From Cercozoa sp. M6MM (taxonomy: Eukaryota > Protista > Endomyxa: Ascetosporea): 64,000 bases of DNA. Each line of letters opens with the position of its first letter. Position 1 is the stretch's first letter. Below, piece by piece: positions 22,497-39,355 of the stretch. Below the pieces are notes generated by a model. That model was not told where the DNA came from. It worked only from the letters and a program-made list of their open reading frames with translations, and did no database searches. The position numbers and the translations under genes are program-made. The DNA lies in assembly GCA_040357565.1 (NCBI GenBank), contig JBDODJ010000011.1; one strand, 5' to 3'.

Positions 22497-25400
22497 ATGT
22501 CTTATAACCCCTACGCACGTCAGCAGCAGGTAAGAGCGTGCGTTGTGCTTGTATGTCCTTTTGATGCCGGTGTGATGCAGACGTACCCGTCACAGCAGCA
22601 CTTGCCTCCGCACCAGCAACATTATCAGCAACACCATCAGCAACACCATCAGCAATACCATCAGCAGCAGTACCCTCCACAGCCGCAGCAGCAGCAGTAC
22701 GCGGCATATGCGATGCCGCAGCAGGCCTACGCGCAGCCTCGGGGAAGCTTCGTGCCGTGTGCCTCTGGTGGCTACATGCCGCCGGTCCAGCCTGTCCAAT
22801 CCTTTGTCCAATCAAGCGTCCAGCCGACTGTCCAAACAGGCGTCCAAGCAGGCGTCCGAACAGGCGTCCAGCGGGGTGGCTACACTGGATCAATGCAGGC
22901 GCAGTACCAAGCGCCGTCGGTGCAGCCGTACCAGGCACCTGCCTACCCGCGGACAGTGACCGCGTCGGTGGCCAGTGCACCGTCACCAGTGACCACTGCT
23001 CGCTCAGTGACTACACCGTCTCTGACCACGCCCTCTGTGACTACACCCTCTGTGACCACACCCTCTGTGACTACACCGTCTCTGACTACACCATCTGTGA
23101 CTACACCGTCTCTGACTACACCGTCTCTGACTACACCCTCTGTGACTACACCGTCGACACTGACCACTGCGACCACACCGTCCGACTCTGGAGACTCCGC
23201 CTGCTTGACGCCAGCTGCCACGCTGTCGCCGGTTTGGGGGGGGGGGGGGGGGGGGGGGGGGGNNNNNNNNNNNNNNNNNNNNNNNNNNNNNNNNNNNNNN
23301 NNNNNNNNNNNNNNNNNNNNNNNNNNNNNNNNNNNNNNNNNNNNNNNNNNNNNNNNNNNNNNCCCTGTTTACCCCGACCCACAGTGGCCTTCACGCTGAT
23401 AAACGAGCACCTGGACGCGGGCATCTGTCTGCGCGACTTTGCGTGCCTGGTGTACTTTGTGTGCTGGTCGCCCTGCCTGTACCGCACGCTGCAGCTCGAC
23501 AGCGACTACTGGACCGAGCAGATCGAGAAACACATCGCGGCCTCGCTGTGAGTTTTCTACCCCCCTGTTTGCCCCTCTGTTTACCCCCTGTCTACCCCCC
23601 TGTTTACCCCCCTGTCTACCCCCCGGTTTGATGGTAGCTCGGGGTCGACGATTTCGAGTATCCGGTCTGAGGTAGTTACCCTTACCCCTTAAGCCCTTAC
23701 CCCCTTTATCTCCTTAACCCGCAGATTTCGCCGGAAGACGACGCGGTGGCACTGGACGCGGAGACGCGCATGGCCATCCGGACGCACGGTAGCCTCGTGT
23801 CTCACTTAACACGTGGGGATCACTGAGTGGTCACTGAGTGGTCACTGAGTGGTCACTGGGAGACTCACTGAGTGGTCACTGGGAGACTCACTGAGTGGTC
23901 ACTTGGGTTGTGTGCGCAGTGCTGCGCGAGGCGTCGCTCTTAATTTCGCCAGTCGAACTCGTCGAACAAAGTGGTAGTTTTACCCCCCCTTTAACCCCTT
24001 AACCCTTTAACCCCTTTAAGCCCTCCACTCCCCTTTAACCGCCTCTTTACCCCTTTAACCCCCTTTAACCCCCTCTTCGTGAGCAGTGCTGTCGCGCGAC
24101 TTTTTCGTGACGATTGCTCTTTGGTACCGTTTGCACGTGTCTGACTGGGAAGTAGAGGGTTGGGCACACGGTGTGACTGACTGACCTGACCTGACTTGAC
24201 TGACGGTTGACACGTGTGCGCAGTTCGTATCAGCGACAGGACGTGATCGTCAAGTGGTTCACGCTGAACCGTTTCACCGCCGATGCGCTCGGCGACGTGC
24301 TGCGCGAGGCGGTGCGTTTTTCACCCCCTGTTTACCCCCCCCCCCTCGTTTATCCAGCTGTTTACCCCCGGTGTGCGCAGAGGATTCTGCAGCGAGTGCG
24401 ACATCAGAATACAGTCGAGTTCATTGGTGTGTTTACCCCCCTGTTTACCCCCCTGTTTACCCCCTGTTTACCCCCCCTTTTACCCCCCCCCCCCCCCGCC
24501 AGGCATCAGTTGCGACCTGCCGCGCGTCGGTCTAGTGATGGAAAACCTCGCCAATGGCGGTACTTGTGTCTGCCCCTTAATAGTAGTACTAGTACAGTCC
24601 GTCCGTTTGTACCGTACTGTGTGTGGACAGACTTGTTCCAGGCACTGTCCGAGAAGCGTGTCGACTGGTCGAAAACGACGCCGCTGAAAATGGCGCTTGA
24701 AATCTGCGCCGGCCTGCTCTACCTGTATACCCCCCTGTTTCCCCCCCCCCCCCCCCCCCCTGTACCCCTGCACCCCCTTTACCCCCCCTGTTTTCCCCCC
24801 TTTTTTCCCCCCCCCCCCCCGAAACAGGCACCAGCGTGACATGGTGCATGGTGACGTCAAATCGAAAAACGTCTTTCTTGACGACAACTGGAACTGCAAG
24901 GGTCCGTTGTGCTGGGGGGTAAGAGGGGGTAAAGAGGGGGTATAACTGTAGTGGCGGACTTTGGCGAGAGCATGCTGCTGGACATGGCCGGCAACAACGA
25001 CACGGTAGTCTCTTGGGTCTAATTAAGGGGCCTGAGTTTTTGGTTTCCTTAAGGGGGTCTGTATGGGGGCTATTGTAGCCAGTGTCTCTTGTTAAGGGAG
25101 TGTTGTGTAGGTACGTGGCACGGGTGCCTGGGTGGCGCCAGAGTTGTTCGCGTCGCCGCAGTGTCTCTCCTTCCACAGCGATGTAAGCACCTCCGTTATA
25201 CCCCCCTGTTTACCCCCCTCTTACCCCTTACCCCTACTTACCCCCCTATTTACCCCTATTTATCAATTTACCCCACCTACCCCCATCCAGGTCTACTCAT
25301 TCGGCGTGCTGCTGTGGGAGCTCTTCACTTGGCGTATGAGCTTTGCCCTATTCTATCCTCTATCCCCTTTGTCCTATCCCCTAATCCCCTTTGTCCTATC

Positions 25401-26347
25401 CCCTATCCCCTTTGCCCTATCCTCTATCCCCTATCCCCTATCCTCTATCTGCAGGCTACCCGTTCGTGTTCGTATCGTCGTTAGTCAGTCCGAAGAAACG
25501 TGGCAAGGTAGTCTTACCCCCTCCCTCTCTGTACCCCTTTACTCCCTACCTCAGGAGAACAATGCTGGTGAGAACAATGCTGGTGCGGCGAATGAGACGG
25601 AGGCGGCGGCGGAACTGCTGCCGCGACGCCAAGTGACGCCGCGCGAACTCTCCAACGCTGTCACGGCCGAACGATTGGTTTTACCCCTACCCCCTTAACT
25701 CCTTATCCCCTTAACCCTTTACCCTATGCCCCTTTATCGTATCCTTTACATATCCTTTACCGTATGCCCCTTTACCCTATGCCCCTTTACCCTATGTCCC
25801 TTTACCATGTCCCTTTACCCTATGCTCCTTTACCCTATGCCCCTTATCCCTTAAGCCCTTACCCTTAAGCCCTTATCCCTTATCCCTTAACCCCTTACCC
25901 CTTACCCTTACCCCTTACCCTTACCCCTTAACCCTTACCCTCTTACCCCTACCCCTAAATCAGGTGAGCGACGAAGGCAGGATGCTGCCGATGCCGCGCG
26001 ATTTGCCGCGTCAGTTGCGTCGACTGCTGCGACGTTGTCTGGCCCGGCAACCTGAGGATCGACCTGTATGTTAGCCTACCCCCCCCCCCTCACACTTACC
26101 CCCGACACACACACACTCACACGCGCAGACAATGTTGGAGATAATGGCAACACTGCGTCTCGTGGAGGCTGATGATGGTACTACACATATATATAATACA
26201 TAATGTTAATGTGCGTGTACTGGGAGCACAGTGCAATGGCCGTGCCGCGACTTTTGCGTCGACGACGACGGACGCGACTGTCACCTCGACGATATGACCC
26301 TCGAGGCTCAGGATTGCACCGCGACTGCCTCACAGTCTACTACCTAA
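22497..26347 (+). CDS. TKL-like protein kinase with a Q/Y/P-rich N-terminus; non-RD and lacking the Gly-rich loop
   Basis: Spliced motifs VIVK, RHQNTVEFIG, LVMENLANGDL, HGDVKSKN (24847), VADFG (24957), GTGAWVAPE, DVYSFGVLLWELFT and CLARQPEDRP. Contains the N gap 23263-23362. Confidence 0.88.
23007..23157 (+). repeat. 15-bp tandem repeat (~10 units) reading (V/L)TTPS
   Basis: Units of the form [g/c]tgac[t/c]ac[a/g]ccNtct, in frame with the kinase N-terminal ORF. Confidence 0.9.
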
Positions 26348-27762
26348 CTAAATTGTTACTGACAACCCAAAATTAGTTGTTTCTGGCTTCAGGGCTTCAG
26401 TGATGAAAGGGAGAGAGAAATAGTCGAGTCAGTTCCGTTCCGTCAGTTGTTTTGGTGGCTTGGCTCAGCGCGGATTCATTGAACGGGCGGGTTGATTGGT
26501 GTTTCTCAAGTTGATCACTCAAAGCACCGTTGCGACCCTCTAACCTGCAGACGTCTACGCCGCCACTCTGGCAGCCCTAAATCAAGTCAGATCGGCGCCT
26601 GAGTGCTGCTCGCGCGATGTCTGTTTGGCTAGCTCAATCAAGTGACCACTCGCTGCGATATCCGAAACATAAAGAAAAGAAAATTAGTCGCCGCTTCGCA
26701 TCGCGCAACAACTTGTTTTCTGTCAATTTCTTTCCTTTTACGTGTAGTACTACGTTCTTGGTACAGTACCAGACACGTTAACGCTTTGTAAAGTTTGGGT
26801 GTTCAAGCAATTTCATCCACGATTGGGCAGAGAGAACTCCGAGGATTCACAAATGCAGCGCTGCAGCCAAGTGAGCCAGCGTATTGGGCGCTCGATTCGT
26901 TTCCTATCGCGTTCGAATGAGCTCTGGATGATTCAACCTGTAAATTTGTGTCTGTTGCAATTGCGAATCGACATCGGCGACTTTTCTTTTTGCGTGTCCA
27001 GAGCACAACGAAGGAGTTTTTCGCTCCTTTTAATGGCCGCTTCCGCGCGGCTTTCACCTGCAAGACCACGGAGCTGAAGCGACTGCGCGGTCGCCAGTAA
27101 AGCCACTTAAACTTGAGCACTGGTGAATTTGATTAGAGTGGCGCTCCTGATTGTATGCGGCCTGATTGCCGGCAACGAGAAGCAGCGTGCCGACTACAAG
27201 AAGTACTGGGACGAACACATCGATCGTAAGCTGGGCTTCAAGCTTGATCAACTGAAAAAGACCGTTACTTTGGCAGGCCAGCGAGAGATCCTGCCCGAGC
27301 AGCTGGCTGAGACGAAGGCGGAGCTGCAGGCGAACGGAGAGCTTTAGTTCGACTGCGACCCCGCGCCCACTGCGCATCACGAGAAAATCAACTGAAGACG
27401 GTCATTGTGGTGTACGACTGGGGGTGCTAGAGTGATTAATGTTGTTTTTATACGAATGTCTGTTGTACAAGTTTTAAATTAAATTAAAGCGATCTCTCAT
27501 ATTCAATTTTCCCCAGCTTTTAATTTGGCAGAGTTAGAGCTTTAATTAATGAGTGCGCCCTCGTGCTTCTGACTAGCAATCACTCAAGGTCAAATCGGCC
27601 GGGGCGTTGGAGGATATGCTGGTCGGCTGGCATACCTGCAGCACCACGTTGTCCAGCTGCCGCGACCGCACGGCGTGTTGCGCTTGCAAGTAGAAGAATC
27701 CTGAAATACCCCTGTTCCCGATCTCGCTGAGCACAATTAGAGACTGCCACAAAAGAGACTAA

Positions 27763-28510
27763 TCACCCGCGCTGTGTGGAGAAGCGCGGCGAGTGACTGA
27801 TTTTGTTTGCAAACTTGTGTTCTTTGTTTCTGCTGTTTCGCCTCTTTTTCCAGTTTCCCAGCGGTCTTTGTTTATTTTGATCCAGTTTCTCCAGTTGTGG
27901 TTGTTCCTTCCTTTCTTTGCTTCTTTGTCTGCTAGTTCGTTGAGGTGAATGCCGATGTGATGGTACCCAGTGTACCGTGATGTGCATGTCCTTTGTCAGT
28001 TATGGCAACTCTTTCTGCATCATAGATAGTCGCGTTGGTAATTTAGTGCTATCTGCAGCCGTGTGCATACCAAGTGATTTAGTGGTGTAGTTGCTCTGCA
28101 TGTGCCTCGTATGGCAGGTTTTAGTCTTACTTGCTCGATGTCTTCTCTCTCGTTGTCGTAGGACAGTATTTTCATTCTTATTTCAGTCTCTGATTGTCTT
28201 TCCCAGTTGGATGAACTGAGTTTTTGTGGTGCAAATTCCATGCCGTTACGTTTTGCCCAGGTGGTGGCTGTGTCCAGGAGGCGCCTGCACGCTTCCCGCG
28301 TGTCTGATCTCCTGTTGTTCTTTCTATGACGTATGAGTCATCGGCGTATCCGACACTGTGTTGTGTGCAGTGGTTACTGCTCCTTTAATTTCATAGCTAC
28401 GGGGGTGTCGTTTCATGCGTTCTCCTGCTCTTTGCAGTTGTATGTGTAAATTATGTCATCGAGGAAGGTCTTTGCGAGTAGAGGGCTGCATAGCCCCTTG
28501 GGGAGTACTG
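27763..28510 (-). mobile_element. Decayed non-LTR retrotransposon (RT plus RNase H), with frameshifts and internal deletion
   Basis: Minus strand: TPQG...SPLLAKTFLDDII (~28450-28508), VGYADDSYVI (YADD at 28337-28348), WAKRNGMEFAPQK, and RNase H HITVHWVPSH|IGIHLNELADKEAK across a frameshift at ~27957. Confidence 0.85.
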
Positions 28511-29436
28511 CCGCTGACTTAGTTGTCTGTTGTTGTTATAGATTAGTACCGAATGACGAATCCTCCCTATGTAATTTATTGTCGGGTTACTGTCGCGAAG
28601 CAAGCTTTTTGCCTTTGGTGGAGCCTGGGCATGTGTAGTGATGGTCTAGGCTTAGCTGATATAGCCCTGTGTCCCCCCATCCTCCCAGACGGTGGCGGCA
28701 CTGGTTCACTTCGCGGCGCGACGTCAGTCACAAGGTTGACTTTACCCCCCCCCCCCCGCCCCCTGTCCCCTCTCCCCCCGGGAGTTTCCTGGGTGACCCG
28801 GGTTATTCCCTTTTTTCTCCCTGTTCATCCCCCCCCCCCCCCGTTGATTAATCGCTGGTGCCCCCCATCCGCTGTTGACCCCCGATAGGCAAATTATGTA
28901 TGTATGTGCCTCGCGGCTCTGACCAGGTAAGGGGTAGGGGATACGTAGCAAAAAGGTACATGGGATTTTAAGAAGACATAAAAAAGAGCAATGCAATTCA
29001 AAGAGTAAAGCTGAGTTGTGCTACAATCGCGTTGTACTCGAGCACAGCGACCAAGCCCTCTACCCTGAGTTTTTGGATCAAGATAGATACCCTGAGTTTT
29101 TTTTTTTTTTGTAAAAGTACCCTCGCCTCAATTTACAAGGCTTAGTCCCTCTCCAAGAGGGCTGCGGTAACAAAGCCGACATCAATGTTTCGAACTCCGT
29201 TCACTTTTATTCGAGCCCCATAGTGTCAGTCAATAATACAACAAAAACCTCGCTCGACGACATGTGACGCATTGGCGCGTTAACACAGTATTCGATTGGT
29301 ATCGGTAAGTACGCCAAGGCAGCGTCACTTGTCTTCTTCGCTTGGTCCAGTCGACACACCGACTATTCAGGGCGTGTGTTCTTCGCTGCTTCTGCCAGTT
29401 CGGAGGCGCTGGGTAGCTCCTAAAATCACACAAACT

Positions 29437-29718
29437 TTATTTCCAAAAGCAGAGTCGCATACTGTAGGTGCACTGGACTGGACTGACCGTGAGCAGACGA
29501 CGGTAGAAGGGCAGCTCACGATAGAGCTGCAGCTCAAATTCGAGCTGCATCTTCTCGCGCTGCAGCCGAAATTCGAGCTGCATCTTCTCGCGCTGCAGCT
29601 GCACCTGCATCTGCTGCATTAGGCAGAAAACAAACAGAAACTGAACAGCAACACACCTGTAATTGATATCAGAGGCGAGAAATACCTGGGTGAGGTGCTC
29701 TACGTGCACTCGGTACAC
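29437..29718 (-). other. Short coiled-coil ORF with a 33-bp tandem duplication (LQREKMQLEF x2)
   Basis: Duplication visible at ~29527-29600; possibly a gene fragment. Confidence 0.3.
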
Positions 29719-30499
29719 GTATGCACCCGCACCGACGGCGCAGGCAAAATATGCGAAGCCTACCGCGCGCTTGGGCTTTGAGAAAGAACCGGAAGAAGTA
29801 AATTTAGGGCATGTTTAAACTTACATTGTGTAGTATTTTTATACTCTACAGTACCATTCTTTCGAGTGCCTTAGTCGCGACGGCCGCCTAATCCGATGCT
29901 GGATCTGCACAAACACCACAATTGTGAAAAAGATCGAGAGGAGACATCCAAACCGTCAAGATCAAGAACCGTCGATCGATCCTCAAAAATCGGTCAAAGC
30001 ACAACAACGCCAGAACCTGAAACTGACCAAAGAAAAACGGCTCCTGTGACTCGCGATCGCCGCAACTAAAACAACACGCGTCTTTGTACTGTACAGTACT
30101 GTGGACGCACAGACAACTTTTTTTGTCTGGCTATTTGATCGAGTGATCATGGTGCAGGTCTCAACTTGCGGGGAATTTGTGTCGCTGGAGAACATTATGC
30201 CGGTACAGTAGTACGTTACCCGCTGGGAAAAGATGTTGAGAAGCTCTCGCCTGAGGAACTTCAATCTCGCCGAGAGCAAAAGGTAAGGTAACACAACTGG
30301 CGTTGCTGATGAGGGAGATAAACTGGGGGTCAAAAGGGTATCGGTACTCTCCCGTCCTTTGTTTCAGTTCGTTTGGCCAAAGCTACACAGTGCCTTTAAT
30401 TACGTGTGGGGTTGCATGTGCCTTCAGCCGCTCGACGTCGACGTGTTTTCGCACTACGACACAAACCCAGACGACTTAAACAGTCTGTGCAACCACCCA

Positions 30500-30540
<41 letters not shown>

Positions 30541-31899
30541 GCATAGGAAGTGAACCTTTCCCCACGGGGAAACGTAATGCTATACCATGCAAGGGAGTGG
30601 CCTCCAGGAGGACGAGCGGAGCTTGGCCGTGTTCATAGGCGTCGTTAAAAATGGTCGCGGGCAAACACCAGTGGTCTCCCGGCTGCTGCAGTATTTGTGG
30701 TGGTCCAACAAATTCACCTGGACTTGAAAGTGGGAACGTGTCATAGTTAGTACCAGGTGTCCGGGAAAGTAAACTGCGTCGACGCCACGATCTTCGCTCA
30801 AGTTTGTTTCGCACTCTCGTTTGTCGCGCAAGTACTGCCTGAGAAGGGACAACGACACCAGTAATTTAAATGGAAAGCGCTGGAAGGCGGTACAAAAAGG
30901 CTTCCGTCACGACAACTGCGACGGAACTCATCTGTTCTTCTTCTTCCGAAGTACTATGACAGTACCCTGTGAAGCCACGAGAAGAGTTGGGTGCTTTCAA
31001 GCACTGACAAGGCTACATCAAAGTAAATTGCATCTATTGGCTTTTCTGTTTGCGTGCACTTTGAGGGAGAAACAAGGATGACATAGGCCCAGGTTGACTG
31101 CTTTCTGTACCATCAAAGCTCTTCCCAAAACGTTTTTATAGCCTTGAAGTGGGACATTGTGGGCACATATCGAGTTGCACCGAGTTGCAGCAACAACTGC
31201 AAACGCACTCCGACTTGCAAATCGGCGCATTATTTTCGATTCTCCGACTCGTCAGGCTCCTGAGAACGTCAAAAGCTGATTCTCGCTACTAGGAGTTGCT
31301 GCGCAACGCTTTTCAATATAAACTGGAATCCGCGCGGAGCGCGTGGACTGGAGTGCGAGACGACTTGACCTACTCTACCCGTGGTTGACGCCTTGCTGTT
31401 TGGTATCGACACTCGAGTAAAGCACTCGAGTAAAGCATGCGCCAACTCGGACATTCAGCTTCCCAGTACAATGCTAAAATCCAGTGCTGGCTGTCGTGCG
31501 CTTGGATTTGAACTTTTCATTCGTTCTGGTGACTCGAGATGTTGTCGCAAAATGAGATGCTGCTCACCCATTTAGCTCAGCGAAGGAATGCACTGCCAAA
31601 TCAGCACCGGATGCTCGCTAAAACGGTGCGTACACTTTTTCTCCTGGTCCTATCCTCCAATTACCCTTCCTTTCCCACTGTAGCGTTTGCAAAACGAAGT
31701 GAGCCGGGAAAGAGCTGAGCGTCGTCAACAGACTGTCGATTATCTCGGCGGTTTGTTCTAAAATTTACAATGTGTACAATAGTTGGTCAAATGTTCATAT
31801 CTCCGAGTGCAGAGGAAATTGCAATGCTGAACGAAAGGCAGAGCACCGTCACAAAAGAGTTAAATGTAAACAGTACCATCAACCATACATGTGGTAGTT

Positions 31900-32163
31900 C
31901 ACAAGAGAATGTAGGCATGGGAAAGCCTTGAGAAACGGTACGTGCTTCAGTTCCACCACCGGCAGTCACAAGTGTCTGGATTGAACGGAAAAAATCCAGA
32001 ACAAAAACCGCCGTCTTCAAAGACGCCTTAGAGTGGTTGGAGCAGTTGCAAGAGGATGAAGAGCGGGGAGAGGAAAAAGAAGACCTAGAAACACGTTCAA
32101 CGGTTTCATCCCAACACGCGCAGAATTTAAACGAGGTATGAGTCCGTGTTGTGTATGCAGCAG

Positions 32164-32214
<51 letters not shown>

Positions 32215-33172
32215 TGTATGTGTGTGTGTGTGTGTGTGTGTGTGCTCAATACAATTGAGAGCGAATTCAACAGGAAGCCACGTTGTTGCTTCACGTGCTT
32301 ACAATGATGCGAAGTGTCAACATTCGTGCTTCTTCAAGCACAGTCAGCGAGGTACAGCTTTCTTCAAAACCCTCAACTTCAGTGATTCTATCGACACATC
32401 CATATAGCGAAAAGACAAGATGCAAGCCGAGATCCAGCAGCACGTGATGCCCACTCCGCTCTCCCAAAGCGTGTATGCTCGGCGAGTGCTATGCGCTGCT
32501 TCTGCTGCTGTGTAAGAAACTTCTTTTTGTTACGTTGATCATGAAACCAAATGAATCAAACAGGCGTGTTCTTGACGATATCGTACGCTTGGAACAACTT
32601 CTTCCTCAATCAGCACTTGACTGGAATTCACGGGTATGTTTCACGATTCCACAAATAACTATTGAACAAGGTACTCTAGCAGCATGCGAAAGCCTTGGTG
32701 GCGCAAGTCGACAAGTCGGTCGAGCTCACAGACAAGATTACCGAGGAAATTGGTACCACCTCTCGGTTCGTCCGGTCAGTGACGAGAACATACCTCTGTA
32801 CTTTGTGTACAGGAGCAAAACCCCCACCTAGAATCGTCGCCTCTGCTTCAATCAAAGACCTGTACGCTTGACTGTCAGCTCGAACCCTTCGGGTAGGCTA
32901 AGTTGTGGTTATGTAGCTTTCCGGCGCGCGTGCCAATGAAGACTGGTCTCCGTCGACGCACGCGCACTCAAATCACACTCAGGTACAGCACATTAAATTG
33001 TGTCGAAGCTATATGCATTCGCACATCGCGTTCGGGACTGCTTTGTGTTGCGACCGCGCAGTGCCAAGATGAAAAAGCATGCGTTGGAGCTGTATGCTGC
33101 CAGCGCTGTAATATGGCTGCTCCTCTTCTTGCGAATGATCTTCTTCTAATTAAACGAAGGATCAGGAGCTAA
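31900..33172 (+). CDS. Hypothetical short-intron gene
   Basis: Exon-like segments ALEWLEQLQEDEERGEEKEDLE...LNE|gtatg and RVLDDIVRLEQLLPQSALDWNSR|gtatg; intronic (GT)n at 32166-32244. Boundaries unresolved. Confidence 0.35.
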
Positions 33173-33467
33173 TTGACCCTGCGCCGCGCACACCTAGCAA
33201 TTTTTACCATGAGCGCGCTAGTGTAACTCCCACAGGGGACGGCCTGAACTAACTAACGTAACGCCCACACCGTCGACGAACTGAAGTGACTGACAGACGT
33301 GCGCAGTCCCACTGCGCAGGCAACCACCAATGAAATTGAAAATCGATTTTCGTTCGGCCCATCGATGCGCATCGCATGCCGCGCCGATAGTACGTGCACG
33401 AATGTACGTTACAACGCAAGTTAACACCGTGTATACGTACACAACGCACGCAGTGCCTGCCGTCGCG

Positions 33468-34930
33468 TTAGCTCACGACAAACCGAACAGAGAAAATCAC
33501 TGAGGTCCAGAGGCAGTGGTTTCGCTCGAGTGTGAGCGCTCGCGTGCCACGGGAGCCTCCTGGTAGACGCGGCGGCTGAACAAAAAAGCAAAAGATGTTT
33601 ACGTAAAACTGGAAGCAGATGAGTGTACCGACCACGTCGCAGTTCGTGCTCCTAAGCAACAGCAACAAACACACAGCAACGAAGCAAAGTCAACAACAGC
33701 GAAGAGCACACAGAGGATTGTACATCTGACACTTGTCGCTGTTGCCTCAATCGCTCGAGCTCGACTTCAAGGCGCGTTTCCTGTGTAAAAACAGCGTGTA
33801 TCAAACCAGACAAAGTTATTGATAGAATCACGTACCTTGGCAACGTCATCGGAAGTCTCGTCGTACTTGGCGCGCTACCAAAGTCATACAGATAGAGATG
33901 ACAACTCGCTGAGACCAAGCATGCTTCTCGTACCCACTGCTGGTAACTATGACGCTTGCGTTCTCTTTCGTCGTAGCGAGCCACCATGACCTTTGCCACA
34001 CAACACAAACGGTCAAGAGACATGCAGCACACCTTGGCACAGTGTACCGACATGAGAGGGATCGACAGAGTGAAGGCCCTACGATAGTTCACAAAGATGT
34101 GCACTCTCAGTTGTTGATTCTAATCAACTTACATGAAAGCCATGCCCTTCTTGAGCAAGCTGCCAATGGCCTGCATCGCAAATTACCCCTCATACATGCA
34201 CATTGTGCATGGGGCCCAAGGGTACATTGTTGTCAGACGACGGACTGGATCGTTGAAGATACGCCTGCACGTATAGAGCAGTGCGACTCTTGTCTTAGAC
34301 CGTTTGTGCTTTGCATATTTTTGTTACCTGCAGACGCTGCTGCCGCGCAAACTTCACGAAACTCATTCTGCAAACAACAAAAAATGCCGACACACATCGC
34401 GATCGAGCACCAAAACAACAGCAGCAGTGTGCTAATACCTGTTTGGCTTTTAAAACGACCAAAACGACCGCCCAGACAATGCGCAAACCACGAAAGTCGA
34501 AGGCCCGGGGAGTATTTTTAAGGCTGCGCCTGCCGTTTTGTAACTAGACGCAGTACAAGTGTTATCCAGTGTGGTGACTCGACCAGTGTAGACAAGCAGT
34601 GGGGCGGCAGATACCAAAGGTGTGACTATTTTTTGCTTTGCATGACTGCTCTCTCCTAGACTTGTGTGAAAAGTGCATTTGTGTGTGTGCAAACAGACAG
34701 CATCCAATCATGGCCGGCGGTGACTTTGGCAGCGGCGTACGATATCCCCTGAGCGCGTAAACGCGCTGCGTCGATTGACATTTTGTGTGTTTTGATTGCG
34801 TGCAGATGCCGTCGTCGAACAAGTTCGTCAATCGGTACCAATGGACGCAGATGAACCCGCACTCGACAATCCGATACACCTGGTAAAATCTTTCCTTATG
34901 AAGAAACGCCAAAATGAATAAAAGTGTCAC
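33468..34930 (-). CDS. Hypothetical coiled-coil protein
   Basis: Exon-like segments MVARYDERERKRHSYQQWVREA, ETRLEVELERLRQQRQ and NEFREVCAAAASA; boundaries unresolved. Confidence 0.35.
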
Positions 34931-34959
34931 CTGTAATCCACAGGAGATCTCCGCAGGTC

Positions 34960-35805
34960 ATGCTCAAGACCTTTGGTCTTGGTATTCCGGCTTCAGGATG
35001 TCCGATCTTGTGTGTTTTGATTCGTTTCTGTGCCTAGTCTACTTCTGGTTCTCGCTCTGGCACACGATCTCGTACGTGACGGTACATTCAATCCAATGTT
35101 TGTTGTTCAGTTTCAGTTCGGTCGGAGTGGATAAGATTGCGTGCCTTGCAGGACGAGACGCTGCACCAGCGCCACCAATTCCTGCGCTACGACCCGTTCA
35201 TTTTGTTGTGCAAGGTACAGACCATACAGCCTGCTGCACATACATGTCTTGAGTTAATAACTGTTCTATTTTTCTTCAGGGTGTTGCGTCGATCTGGAAC
35301 GTGCGATAGCCTCTCTCTCTGCAGCTCTTTTGTTGTCTGTCTGTGTTACAGTCATTGTGTTCATAGGAGGAAGAGCCGGCCATGAAGGCTCGACGAACGC
35401 AGTACCGCTACGAGGTTCCTTTCTTTGCTTTTGCCTTTGAGCTTTGCTTTTGACCTCAGTTGGACTCGAAATGAATGTCTCAATGCAGAGCGAGCTCAAG
35501 GCGCGCCGCGTGGCCTACCAGCTCAAGAAGCAGTAGCCTTTTCTTTCTTCGCTGCCTCTTGTGTGTTTGTGGTAAGATTCTGTTTGTTAAAGGGGCGTCG
35601 AGATGACGCCGGAGGAAATCAACGATTTTGCCGACCGTTTCGAGGACCCGAACGCGTTCTACGTGCGCATCCCTTTCCTCTACACTGTCTCTGCCCGACC
35701 TCCTGGTGTTACACACCTTCATCTTTTTCTTGCGGAATGCAGCACCAGGCGCGCCGACAGCAGAACGAACTGCTGCGTCAGGAGGCGTCGCTGCAGGCCG
35801 AGTAG
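34960..35805 (+). CDS. Small multi-exon hypothetical protein
   Basis: Exons splice in frame: FLRYDPFILLCK|GVASIWN|EEEPAMKARRTQYRYE|SELKARRVAYQLKKQ|GVEMTPEEINDFADRFEDPNAFY|HQARRQQNELLRQEASLQAE*. Confidence 0.6.
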
Positions 35806-36251
35806 AACTTTCGCGATGCATAGACTGTCGGTCGGCGGTCGACTCGACTGATCGACGCGAGCCTTCCCGTTTCGCCGCATGGCTTTCAGTTTCGTTCAGT
35901 TTATTTCATTTCTTTTTTAACCGAACGCCACCATCCGGGGTTTTTCGAGGCACATCAGAATCTAAAAAATGCCACTTGTATCAACTGGGTAAGGCACAAA
36001 CGAGAGAGAGAGAGAGAGAGAGCTTTTCTTAAAGGTTATCAGGCCCGAAGGCCGAAAGCCCAGAACGAGGACCTGATTATAAAAGCAGTTTGAGGGCATA
36101 CCCATTCCGGTCTTCTAGGAAACCAACTAAGTATCCCCTGCACCACAGGGGCTTCCGTCATCGCGTTGACGAATTCGACTTCCGTCGTCGAGCACGCACA
36201 CGAGTCGACTTAGTGCTCAAGACACGAAGCACTGAGACCCGCGAAGACAGG

Positions 36252-39355
<3,104 letters not shown>

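Noticed and set aside
23236-23362. Poly-G run as a G-quadruplex element
   Set aside because: It abuts a 100-N gap and opposes the local strand skew; probably a sequencing or scaffolding artefact.
36042-36090. Hammerhead ribozyme (stem followed by GAAA)
   Set aside because: No correctly placed CUGANGA and no stems I/III.
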